NCBI GenBank assembly: GCA_021498095.1
Contig: JAIZWK010000001.1
Span: 2,850,001 to 2,882,000, forward strand
Origin: Candidatus Harpocratesius repetitus
Lineage (GTDB): Archaea > Asgardarchaeota > Lokiarchaeia > Sigyniarchaeales > Promethearchaeaceae
Direction of reading: 5' to 3'
Length of the DNA: 32,000 bases
Within the stretch, counting starts at the first letter, position 1, and each line of letters opens with the position of its first letter. A program made the translations under genes and the position numbers. The notes under the pieces were generated by a model that saw only the letters and a program-made list of their open reading frames with translations, searched no databases and was not told the origin of the DNA. Of this stretch, positions 1-9,154 are shown piece after piece.

Positions 1-60
1 CAGTCACTAATAATATAAATGCCACTACTTTATCGTCTCGACTCATTTTTTTCTCTCCAT
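1..60 (-). CDS. 5' end of a probable membrane/secreted protein running off the window edge (partial)
   Basis: ATG at 60 (alternative ATG at 45) reads MERKKMSRDDKVVAFILLVT: a charged N-terminus followed by the start of a hydrophobic stretch. Only 20 codons are visible. Confidence 0.4.
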
Positions 61-228
61 TAATATTTCTACATTTTTACATACTTTCATAAGTAAATAA
101 CGTTCTATCTTTACTTACAGTAACTTTGAATAAAAAAAGATTTCGTTTTTCGATAAAATTAAAGATCCAGAGATCAATATTTTTTATTTCTTTGATAATA
201 GAATCGGTGATTTATGATTAATCAAGAT

Positions 229-705
229 TTAATCTTGAGGAATTACAATCATAAATTTACATCGATCTGTCTTTCCTTGCAATCGACATTCTAATTCTTG
301 TGCAAAACAGTGCTTACCAGTCATTTTTTCTACCAGACCAGCATATAATCCTGCTTCAAAAGAGCAAAATCCTTGTGGAATTGCCATTCTAGGAATCTCT
401 ATATCTTTACATGAATTGCATTCATCTAATTCAAATGTAATATGTTCTTTATTTTCTTCCAACACGTAGAATGTACCTAGGTGATATTGCCGCGAAATTT
501 TCTCTAGTGCAGGAATAAGTGGTTCATGAGGTAATTCATCTGCATGTAGAGCACCTCCTAATTCATGCCCCATAAAATAGTAGATTGCATCTAACTGATT
601 ACCTAAGGCATAAAGTGCCCCAATCTTTAAATTCCCTATATCCTTTCCTTTTTGCAAATCTTTTTTCATTTTTTGTAACATTTCTTCTAATAACATTCGA
701 TTCAT
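229..705 (-). CDS. V4R (4-vinyl reductase) domain protein
   Basis: 158 aa with V4R-type motifs FELDECNSC, FCSFEAGLYAG and AQELECRLQG..RCKF (three-Cys metal site). A GGAGG Shine-Dalgarno-like sequence lies just upstream on the minus strand (about 715-719). Confidence 0.85.
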   Translation of the reverse strand: MNRMLLEEMLQKMKKDLQKGKDIGNLKIGALYALGNQLDAIYYFMGHELGGALHADELPHEPLIPALEKISRQYHLGTFYVLEENKEHITFELDECNSCKDIEIPRMAIPQGFCSFEAGLYAGLVEKMTGKHCFAQELECRLQGKTDRCKFMIVIPQD

Positions 706-872
706 GATTTAACCCCTCCTAATAAGTAAAGAATTCTTATTTTTCTGCTAAATTTTCGTTATTTGTAATATTTGTGTTATTTTTTTCTCTTATTACTATT
801 TATCTGAACTCTATGCATACAGTATGATTTAATTCTGTTCATAATGATTATCTATTCCTTTTTATAACCTTT

Positions 873-923
873 CTATGATATTTTTATGACATTATTATGA
901 CATTATTATGACATTATTATGAC
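873..923. repeat. 11-bp tandem repeat TTATGACATTA (3.6 perfect copies plus one degenerate copy)
   Basis: Perfect units at 884-894, 895-905 and 906-916, a partial unit at 917-923, and an 8/11 match at 873-883. Intergenic between thioredoxin and V4R. Confidence 0.9.
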
Positions 924-965
924 CAATTAATTATTTATTTGTAGATTCTTTTTCTAAATCTCCTT

Positions 966-1295
966 TTAGTTGTTTTCTGATTCAGAGTCTAAAGATTCTA
1001 ATGGATCAATCTCTTCTTCTTCAAAAGATACTGAAGAGATAAATCCTTGCAAAATTGCATCTGTTAGTTCATTCTTGTCAATTATTACTGATAATCGAAT
1101 ATCCCCAATAATAATAGTAGGAACTGAAATTACTTTATATTTCTCCGCCATAGTTAGATCAGATGCAATATCAACTTTTTTTATCCGTAGCTTATTTCCA
1201 AACAAGCTTACATTGATATCATTTAACATCCGCTCAACATTTTTACATGGAGCACAATATGGACTGGAAAAATATAATATCAACGGATAAGCCAT
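966..1295 (-). CDS. thioredoxin-family protein
   Basis: SPYCAPCK (CxxC), KVDI and the cis-Pro motif VISVPTIII; acidic C-terminal tail. Confidence 0.88.
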   Translation of the reverse strand: MAYPLILYFSSPYCAPCKNVERMLNDINVSLFGNKLRIKKVDIASDLTMAEKYKVISVPTIIIGDIRLSVIIDKNELTDAILQGFISSVSFEEEEIDPLESLDSESENN

Positions 1296-1704
1296 AATCT
1301 AATTGTCCCTCTACTCAATATTCGATCTAATTACTAAATTTTTGGTTTTTTCGCGGCAGCTCCATGATTTTCAATAAAATCCTGGTAAAATCCTTACTTT
1401 TTCTTGTTCCTTTATCTGTAAAATCTTGTCAATCAATTTCTGTTCTATCAGGTTCTACCACTTAAAAAATTCAAAGATATTATACATTTAATTCGCAAAC
1501 GATTTGCATCTTTATATTCGCTTTTTTCTTTCGATTATTATGATTTTCATCAATTTGATCAATGATCAATTAATTCAGAAAACCATATAATTAAAAAAAT
1601 ATTGATTGTTTTATCAATCCATTAAAAAAAAAATTAAGCATAGACAGATTCTATCGCATATCTTCAACTTCAATTCTTTTTATTCATTATTATTATTTAA
1701 TTAT

Positions 1705-2277
1705 TTAACCCTTATCTAGTGCTTGTTCAACTAAAACATCGATAATAGCATTAAATGCATCATGAACATGTTTGCCTGTTTTTGCGGAAGTCATATACAT
1801 ACCTAAAAATTTCCTTTTTTCTACTATTTCTTTGATTTTGCTGTCATCATATGTACTTTCATCAATTAAATCTGATTTATTCGCAAATACAACCATTGGT
1901 AATTCCCCACAGTAATTTTGGAAATCATCAACCCAATCATTTATGGCATACATTGTTTCTTCCCGTGTCAAATCGTAGACTACGATACAAGCCTTTGCAC
2001 CATTATAGAAGGTGGGACGCATAAATTTAAATTGATCTTGACCCGCTATATCCCACAAAAATAGTCTTGCTCGTACTTTTTCACCATTTGGTCGATTGAT
2101 TATGGTTTCGTATCGGCTGAATTGTGCGCCGAGGGTTTTAATATAATCTTTATTGAAAGAGCCTTGCGTGAATCGTTTTATGAGCGATGTTTTACCTGCG
2201 GCACCTGCTCCGATTACGCAAAGTTTGAATATAAAGTCATTACTGAATTCTTCTTCATTTTCTGTCATGGTAGTCAC
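1705..2277 (-). CDS. Rab-like small GTPase (Ras superfamily)
   Basis: G1 GAGAAGKT, G2 YIKTLG, G3 WDIAGQ, G4 NKSD, G5 TSAK; no C-terminal Cys/CAAX. Confidence 0.93.
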   Translation of the reverse strand: MTTMTENEEEFSNDFIFKLCVIGAGAAGKTSLIKRFTQGSFNKDYIKTLGAQFSRYETIINRPNGEKVRARLFLWDIAGQDQFKFMRPTFYNGAKACIVVYDLTREETMYAINDWVDDFQNYCGELPMVVFANKSDLIDESTYDDSKIKEIVEKRKFLGMYMTSAKTGKHVHDAFNAIIDVLVEQALDKG

Positions 2278-2443
2278 GAATTCTGCTCTGTAATAAGGTT
2301 GTTTTTAGTTCTTAAAAAAGGTTCGGAATAAGATGCCATGCAAAAATCAAGAGCAGATAATAATATATCGAATTAAAATAAAAGAAAAAATGGTACATCT
2401 TTATTCAATGTACACGTGAAATCAATAAGGTTCATGCATTTTT

Positions 2444-5104
2444 CTATCGCTTATTTCTATTTGTATTAAATAAAATAATTAATAGGCTTATAGAAAGGAT
2501 CCCGAGAAAGATATAGGGAGGGAAAGCAGAAATTGAATCAAGCAGATTCTCGTTTCCTGAGTTATTATCATTATTTTGGTCAGTGTTTGTGCTGGTGTCT
2601 GTATTTGTGGAGTCATCAGTACTATCGTCTGTAGTATCATCTGTAGTATCATCCGTATCAGTAGTGGTTTGGTTTGGGTCTGAATCGATCTGAAACCACC
2701 AAATTTCAGATTTTATCGCAACTATTCCATCATCTACAATGACATACCATGAGTAGTTCGTTTCGTAGGCAAGACCACTCCATAGTATTTCAACTGTTCC
2801 GTTGTTGTCAGTAATGGATACAGCATCAATTAGTGAATCTGAAGTATTGTCATAAAAAGAAACAACAAGGGTTGAATTATCTTCGTCAAAAATCTCAACA
2901 GATAATAATACTTCTGTTTCTGTAAACAATGATCCTGAAATTGGATTTGGAGGTGAGATGATCTGAGGAATTGAATCAGTATAAAATGTCATTAATTGAG
3001 ATGTTATCAAAATATTTCCATCATCCACTTCAATATACCAGTGATACTCTGAATTCCATTCTAAATTTTCCCATAAAAAGGTAGCAATTCCGCTACCATT
3101 CACAATAGTGATATTTCCAAGAATTTGCATATTATCTCCATTAAAGAATGTGATTGTTAAATTATCAAGATCTTCATCATATACTTGAACGCTTAAATTC
3201 ACAGATTTTAATTGTTCTCTGACAAAATTCTCAGGACTAAGAGAGAGAATAATCGGAGATATATTTGTTGACACATTAAAAGACCAAGTATCGCTTTTTC
3301 TAAATGTTTGACCATCAGATACTATTGCATACCAACTAAATGTTTGATTTTTGGTTAGATTTCCCCAGAAAATTGAAGATACATCTCCCGATGCAACATT
3401 CAAATCCCAACCGATGATTTTATTATCGGATGCATTAAAGAATGAGACATTTAGAAGAGAACTATCACTATCTGAGACAATTAAAGATAATTTTGCAGTT
3501 GTATTGTCAATTTCAATACCATTGGCAGGACTTTGAAGAATTGGCACTTCTGGTTTCATAGAACTCCAATATTCCAGCTGGGGATCACCATATAAATTGA
3601 AATCCATTTTATTCATCCAACTATACCCACCCCAAGAATCGCCTCCATCATTTTTTGCTTTAGCAAGTGCTTGTCCTGCAGTTAAATTTTCGGAAAGTAA
3701 ATACTGCATATATGCGTAACCCAAACCGACATTATCTGTATAATAATTATAATTGTCAGGTTCCCATGGGGCACAAGCATACCAACTAACTCGGGAGGAG
3801 GATATTGTTGTAACTGCCACTCCTGACTTCAAAAGTGAGTATCCCAAATTATCACTAATGTCTGGATTCCCATTGTTGCATGATGCTTGATATATAAAGG
3901 CAGGTTGATCATTTTCTACAGAACTCAAATCAGATGATTGTAAAAAGGAAGTCCAAGTCATTTCATCTTTGTCTGGAATTCCATCACCATCATTATCACT
4001 TGACCAGTATTTTCGATAAACACCAGTATCACTTCCATGACCCCACCATAAAATGGCACCATATCCATCATTTATCTCATTTATCACATTTTCACGGGTT
4101 AAGGGAAGATCGTAATGAAAAGCAGATTCTGGAACAGGATCTAGTCCATCTCTTTCATATAAAACCGTATCGTTCATATTTAAACTTTCAAGGAAGTTAT
4201 TCCACATATATTCTGGCAGATCACGACCATCAGCTCGGTCATAATCAGTTATGTCATCTTCATCATCATAGTTTGATATTGCCATTGGTTCTAAGATCTT
4301 GTATTTTTCCATCCCAGCGTTGTTGTGATGATAAATTGTTTTATTTAAGATGAAATCTAAAGAAGAATAATCATTATCATAAACAGGAATCCTTCCAACA
4401 TAAATTTCTGCTTTAAAATCTACACCTGCATCTTCAGGGTTATCATAATGACCGTATCCGAATTCTCCATAGTATTGATCATTATCTGAATCCCAGTTTC
4501 CTGTCAGATCAGCGTAAAAATAGTCTGTAGGAGATTGTTCATATTGATAATCTTCTCCAGTTCCGTTATTCAGAGGCCAGCACATCATCATTGGAATATC
4601 ACCAATAGTTTCTTCAGAGTTGGGAATATCATCGTCATCGGGGTCGGGATTACCAATTAAAAGGGAATATTGAATATTCTCTTCTTCATAATGGTCTTTT
4701 AACCAATTTCTGATATTTATACTTCGGTTTTTTCCCGTATCAAAACCAAAATCATCTTCAGTGATAACGATTACATTAAAGCCTAAAGATTGCTTATATT
4801 GAACGAAATCATCCAAAAGCAGACTATTTTGTTGAATTTCATTGGTAGTAATAATAACGTATGATGAAGTAGGTTTGTCAAAATAGGAATCTGAAGATGC
4901 CTGTGGTAATCTAGGAATAGATTTTCCAAATATAATTTGATTATTCGTTATCAAACTTGGATTTTCAATAGTTATTTTTGCTTTAGTTGAATCTTCCATA
5001 TTTAGATTGTTTGGTCTTTGAAAAGGCAAAACAACAATTATTCCGCTAAGAATAATTATTAATAAAGCAGGCAGATATTTTTTTAATTTCTCTTTATTTA
5101 ACAT
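2444..5104 (-). CDS. C25-family (gingipain-like) cysteine peptidase with three C-terminal beta-rich repeats and a C-terminal membrane anchor
   Basis: N-terminal hydrophobic signal; C25 motifs YSLLIGNP, TDYFYADL, IYVGRIPV, WWGHGS (catalytic His), QASCNNG (catalytic Cys) and FNLYGDP; then three ~95-aa repeats, a T/D/N-rich linker and a TM helix with a basic tail. Confidence 0.88.
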   Translation of the reverse strand: MLNKEKLKKYLPALLIIILSGIIVVLPFQRPNNLNMEDSTKAKITIENPSLITNNQIIFGKSIPRLPQASSDSYFDKPTSSYVIITTNEIQQNSLLLDDFVQYKQSLGFNVIVITEDDFGFDTGKNRSINIRNWLKDHYEEENIQYSLLIGNPDPDDDDIPNSEETIGDIPMMMCWPLNNGTGEDYQYEQSPTDYFYADLTGNWDSDNDQYYGEFGYGHYDNPEDAGVDFKAEIYVGRIPVYDNDYSSLDFILNKTIYHHNNAGMEKYKILEPMAISNYDDEDDITDYDRADGRDLPEYMWNNFLESLNMNDTVLYERDGLDPVPESAFHYDLPLTRENVINEINDGYGAILWWGHGSDTGVYRKYWSSDNDGDGIPDKDEMTWTSFLQSSDLSSVENDQPAFIYQASCNNGNPDISDNLGYSLLKSGVAVTTISSSRVSWYACAPWEPDNYNYYTDNVGLGYAYMQYLLSENLTAGQALAKAKNDGGDSWGGYSWMNKMDFNLYGDPQLEYWSSMKPEVPILQSPANGIEIDNTTAKLSLIVSDSDSSLLNVSFFNASDNKIIGWDLNVASGDVSSIFWGNLTKNQTFSWYAIVSDGQTFRKSDTWSFNVSTNISPIILSLSPENFVREQLKSVNLSVQVYDEDLDNLTITFFNGDNMQILGNITIVNGSGIATFLWENLEWNSEYHWYIEVDDGNILITSQLMTFYTDSIPQIISPPNPISGSLFTETEVLLSVEIFDEDNSTLVVSFYDNTSDSLIDAVSITDNNGTVEILWSGLAYETNYSWYVIVDDGIVAIKSEIWWFQIDSDPNQTTTDTDDTTDDTTDDSTDDSTNTDTSTNTDQNNDNNSGNENLLDSISAFPPYIFLGILSISLLIILFNTNRNKR

Positions 5105-5283
5105 ATTTATCAGATCTGAAAAATTTTAAAATACAATCACTAATTTTTGTATTATTTTTCAAAATTTATATTCTTGCAACAAAAATAATGATTAACACTA
5201 TCACTCTGATTAATATGAGTAGTTTTTTTCAAATTTTTCAAAAATTCAAATTATTTAAATTTGTAATTAACGGTTAATATGAT

Positions 5284-5925
5284 ATGATGCTTTGGTGGAA
5301 GATAATCACAATTTTTCTTATTAGTTATGATTGTATTTATATTCTCTCTCATTTACCATGGGATCTGATTATGTTATGTCGAAAAAGAAAAATCCATTAT
5401 CCGAGCCCACCGTTTAAGAGAATACGTAATGCTTTTTTCTATATTACAGCATCATATCTTTTCCTTTTTTATATATATTTCATTCCAATTATAGCGATTA
5501 ATCAGAAAAAGAATGTATATTCAAATTATCAAATAAATTCCATGTTTTCAAATATAATACGTATTGTAGGAATAATTTTGATGTCGATAGGCTTAATTAT
5601 TGCTATTTTGGGAAGAATTGGGCGAGGTTTCTATTTAAATCAGAAGGAACCAATATTAGCAACTACTTGGGGGCATAGAATAATTAGGCACCCTGAATAC
5701 TTCATGTATATTACCGGTTTCATTGGTTTGCCTTTGGTTACACTGAATTTTTGGCTCTTAATTTTACTTACAGGAATAATTCCTTACTATAGAATTGCGA
5801 AATATGAAGAAATGGGTTTAATTTCGCTTTTTGGGAAAAAATACATATTGTATAAGCAATATGTTGGGATGTTTTTACCAAAATTTAAAGATTTACGGAA
5901 AGATCTTAAATTTATTAAATCCTAA
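5284..5925 (+). CDS. isoprenylcysteine carboxyl methyltransferase / phospholipid methyltransferase (ICMT/PEMT)-family membrane protein
   Basis: Multi-TM protein with L.TTWGHRIIRHPEY followed by EE..L...FGKKY..YK..V.MFLP, typical of this family. Confidence 0.8.
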   Translation: MMLWWKIITIFLISYDCIYILSHLPWDLIMLCRKRKIHYPSPPFKRIRNAFFYITASYLFLFYIYFIPIIAINQKKNVYSNYQINSMFSNIIRIVGIILMSIGLIIAILGRIGRGFYLNQKEPILATTWGHRIIRHPEYFMYITGFIGLPLVTLNFWLLILLTGIIPYYRIAKYEEMGLISLFGKKYILYKQYVGMFLPKFKDLRKDLKFIKS

Positions 5926-6073
5926 ATTCGCTATATCCTAAATAAGACTCTATAAATTAATATTTTCCCAGAAAACAAAAGAAAATAAGAAAATAAGAAA
6001 ACAAAAAAAGATAAAAATATGTAAATTCTTCGACTAAATTATTTCACTCTACGCAACCTATGAATTTATTTTT

Positions 6074-6286
6074 TTATTCTTCCTTATATTTAAATGATAA
6101 TTCGACTTTGGCGCGAAAGAGCACCACTTTATTTTCATCGATGCGAACATCGAGTTTTTTTATTTCTGCCACCCTGATATCATGTAATGATTTGGCGGCC
6201 TTTTCTACAATATTCTTAACTGCATCTTCCCAACTGGTGGTCGACGTGCCTATTAACTCCACAACCTTATATACTGATTGACTCAT
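6074..6286 (-). CDS. dodecin family flavin-binding protein
   Basis: 70 aa, SVYKVVELIGTSTTSWEDAV...FRAKVELSF matches the dodecin consensus. Confidence 0.92.
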   Translation of the reverse strand: MSQSVYKVVELIGTSTTSWEDAVKNIVEKAAKSLHDIRVAEIKKLDVRIDENKVVLFRAKVELSFKYKEE

Positions 6287-6539
6287 TTACGATGCCCCTT
6301 ATTATTATTTTAAATTTCAACTAAAATTTCTCAAGAATTGCAATTTATTTTAGTTATTAATACCAAGGCAACTTTCGATGAATTTATTAAGTAAAATTAG
6401 AGAGAGTAGCAAATGACCAACTATATTTAATGGGAATATTAATTACTTGTTTATCAAAGAAGAAAGTTGCTAAATATTTATATACGAGATTGTGAATAAA
6501 TACCTTTACATTTCTGAAAAAGTTCGTCATATATTTTTC

Positions 6540-7466
6540 TTATAAAGGCATACTTAGATTGTCAATTGCATGCAAATCTTTATCTAATTGATCCGCAATC
6601 AAACGTCCAAATCCTTGATATGCAGGAATATGTTTAATCTTATCTAATCCTGAATATTCAGGTCCAATTTCGATATCATAATAATAAAAATCGACCATTG
6701 GATTGGATTTGGCGATTATATGCATTAAATCGACTTGATTGATTGTTGACTGAACTCTTGCCAAGCCACCTTCACGTGGATTCAAAAACATTTTCATTTG
6801 CTCAATAATATTCACGTGACGGGCTTTTGCAAAATTCATTGAATAATCGACTAAACCAGTTCCGATAACTGTAAATTCAACCTTAGTTCGATTCCAGCCC
6901 AAATTGATACTTTCTGCAAATGCTATCATTAATGGAGTATTTGTAGTACCCAATCCTCCATCAACCCATACGGCGCGGCGCTCCTTATCAACTACAGGTC
7001 CGAAATAATACGGTGCTGCAAATGATCGCATAATGCATTCTTCTAAAGGAAGTTTTCCATCTTCTTCTTCCCATGATTTGAAAAAATGAGTCCGATAATC
7101 GCAGAGATTGATAGATGTGCATAAAAAGCGTGTTTTACAATCTTCCATCTTTAAATTTCCATTAGGAAATAGATTTCTCCACATTCGATTAAAATTTCTT
7201 TTATCATAAATAGGTCGTAATAGACCGATTCCAAATCGTCGATGGAATATTCTTGGAATGTATCGTAAAAAAAGATCATTATATTTTGATACTGGATAAT
7301 TTCCTGTAGCTAATATTCCTCCAGTTATACTTCCCACTGAGGAACCTACAATTAAATCAAAAATTTCACATATTGGTTTATTAAAATGAGTCTCAAATAA
7401 TTCTAACGCAGGAAGTTGAAGTAATCCTCTTAACCCACCACCTTTCAGAACAAGTATACGATGCAT
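6540..7466 (-). CDS. patatin-like phospholipase
   Basis: Oxyanion motif LKGGGLRG, nucleophile elbow GSSVG, SFAAPYYF and catalytic VDGG. Confidence 0.9.
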   Translation of the reverse strand: MHRILVLKGGGLRGLLQLPALELFETHFNKPICEIFDLIVGSSVGSITGGILATGNYPVSKYNDLFLRYIPRIFHRRFGIGLLRPIYDKRNFNRMWRNLFPNGNLKMEDCKTRFLCTSINLCDYRTHFFKSWEEEDGKLPLEECIMRSFAAPYYFGPVVDKERRAVWVDGGLGTTNTPLMIAFAESINLGWNRTKVEFTVIGTGLVDYSMNFAKARHVNIIEQMKMFLNPREGGLARVQSTINQVDLMHIIAKSNPMVDFYYYDIEIGPEYSGLDKIKHIPAYQGFGRLIADQLDKDLHAIDNLSMPL

Positions 7467-8253
7467 TAGTTGATCCTCGATATTCTCTAAATTAGTTATC
7501 CTATTAAATAATTCTATTTAATTGATAAAGATTATTCAGTAATGATAAGTTTTTTAAAAAAAAATGGAACATTAGAGGATCGATTTGCTTGTGCTCTCAA
7601 TTTTTCTTATTTATCTTGTATTTTCAGCCACAATAGAGTAATATCCGAATCAGCCGATTGTTTTGAGAGATAAAAATGAAAACTTTGAGATTTTACTTTA
7701 TTATATCCATAAAATACTTCAATTAGAATCTCACTCTTAACTCCAACAGGAATTATCTCATCTTCTCTTGATACTGTAGATATAATGGTTACAATTATAG
7801 ATTCCCAACCAGCAATTACAATAGGATATGTAAGTAATAATTACACATATCCTTCCTCAGTAAATTTCTCATAATTCATGAAATTTGTCAAAAGCCTCTA
7901 AAATCATTCTTTTTTGAAAAAATTTTTTTTTATGAGGTTATAGGAGGTTATAGCAAAATTCGAAAAATTGAAGAAAATTCGGAAATCTTGCATCATTTAT
8001 CCATAAACTCCAAATCTATCCCAATTTTAAATTTGTCGAAACATCGTTTAAGAAAAAAATATATAATTAAGTCAATAATTCAAAGAAAAATGATGGAAAT
8101 GTGAAATTCTTGACCGCATTTAATGTTTTAAAAATGCCAACTCAAATAGTAATTGGATGCGCTGGAATATTGTCGAGAATATTGGTCCAAAAGATAGAAT
8201 TTGATTAAGATAAAAAAAATTGCTAGAGCATCTTATAATATCACTTCTATTTA

Positions 8254-9120
8254 TCATTGATTTGAAAATATTCTTGATAACAGTTCAAAAAAGGTATTAT
8301 ACGCAGTCTTCTCAATCCAAGGTTTATGTCCACAATTTAGAATTACAGAAACAGTAATATCTTTATGAATACGTTTTAGTGGTTCGACAACTCCAGTTAA
8401 AGGATGTGGATCATAATCTCCATGAATTATATTAATTGGGCAATGAATGGATTTACCTAATTCAATTAATTTTCCTCTTTTTCTAAAATTTTGAACTGTG
8501 TTTAAAGCATCAGTGAAAAAAGAAGTTCGATCTATAGGAAAATTCACCACATGAAAAGAATAACCCAAATCTTACTGTTCTTTTTCAGACATCGCATCAA
8601 AATGATCTGCAACTTCACAAATATTACCCAGTTTAGAGATCAATCTCTCCCGTTCTGATATAGATGAAGCGTTTCTGATAATTTCTCCAAATTTTGAATA
8701 AAATTGGCGCTGAGATACATTTATACGAGAGCGTCGTGTGTCTTGCAATTTGTAATAATATTGCTCTTCAAGAGGACCTGTTCCAATTAATATTAACCGA
8801 GATAATAATGACGAATATGCAGGTTCAGCTGCAATAAATTAAGCCAACCAAGCACCCCAAGAAAATCCAACTAATACTACAGGTGTTTGAGCAGTCTTAT
8901 TGATAATTTCAAACAATTCGGCTAATTGACCTTTTAATGTCGGTTGTGTTTGAAAGGTTTCAATACATCCACGAAATTGAGCGATATAAGAGGCAACTGA
9001 CTCCATTTCTCCCCAAGCTCCCGGTCCACCGTGAAGAACAATTACAGAATATGGCGATTTTCCGTGTAATCTATAATTATTATTTCGTTGTAATGAAGAA
9101 GAATTCAATTCCACTCGCAT
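8254..9120 (-). pseudogene. alpha/beta hydrolase interrupted by two in-frame TAA stops
   Basis: ORFs 8839-9120 and 8254-8568 are in the same frame, and the intervening codons translate cleanly (GFSWGAWLA*FIAAEPAYSSLLSRLILIGTGP...MSEKEQ*DLGYSF). Stops are at 8839-8841 and 8572-8574. HGGPG, GxSxG, HGDYD and CGHKPW motifs are intact. Confidence 0.85.
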
Positions 9121-9154
9121 TCAATAACCTAATCTCTTAGTTAATTTAAATAAT

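Noticed and set aside
966-1295. KaiB-like clock protein
   Set aside because: It has a canonical CxxC at the thioredoxin active-site position, and there is no kaiC in the window.
5284-5925. ICMT-like enzyme as a CAAX-processing partner for the Rab-like GTPases
   Set aside because: Neither GTPase has a C-terminal cysteine (ends ...QALDKG and ...RKIST), and this family is widespread in prokaryotes.
5976-6012. AAGAAAAT-like short repeats
   Set aside because: Only 2-3 imperfect copies in A-rich sequence; better explained as the U-rich terminator region of the dodecin gene.
7470-8250. IS/MITE remnant in the long intergenic gap
   Set aside because: No terminal inverted repeats with target-site duplication and no transposase-like translation were found by eye.
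8254-9120. Selenocysteine or pyrrolysine recoding of the interrupted hydrolase
   Set aside because: Both internal stops are TAA, not TGA or TAG, and they are not at catalytic positions.
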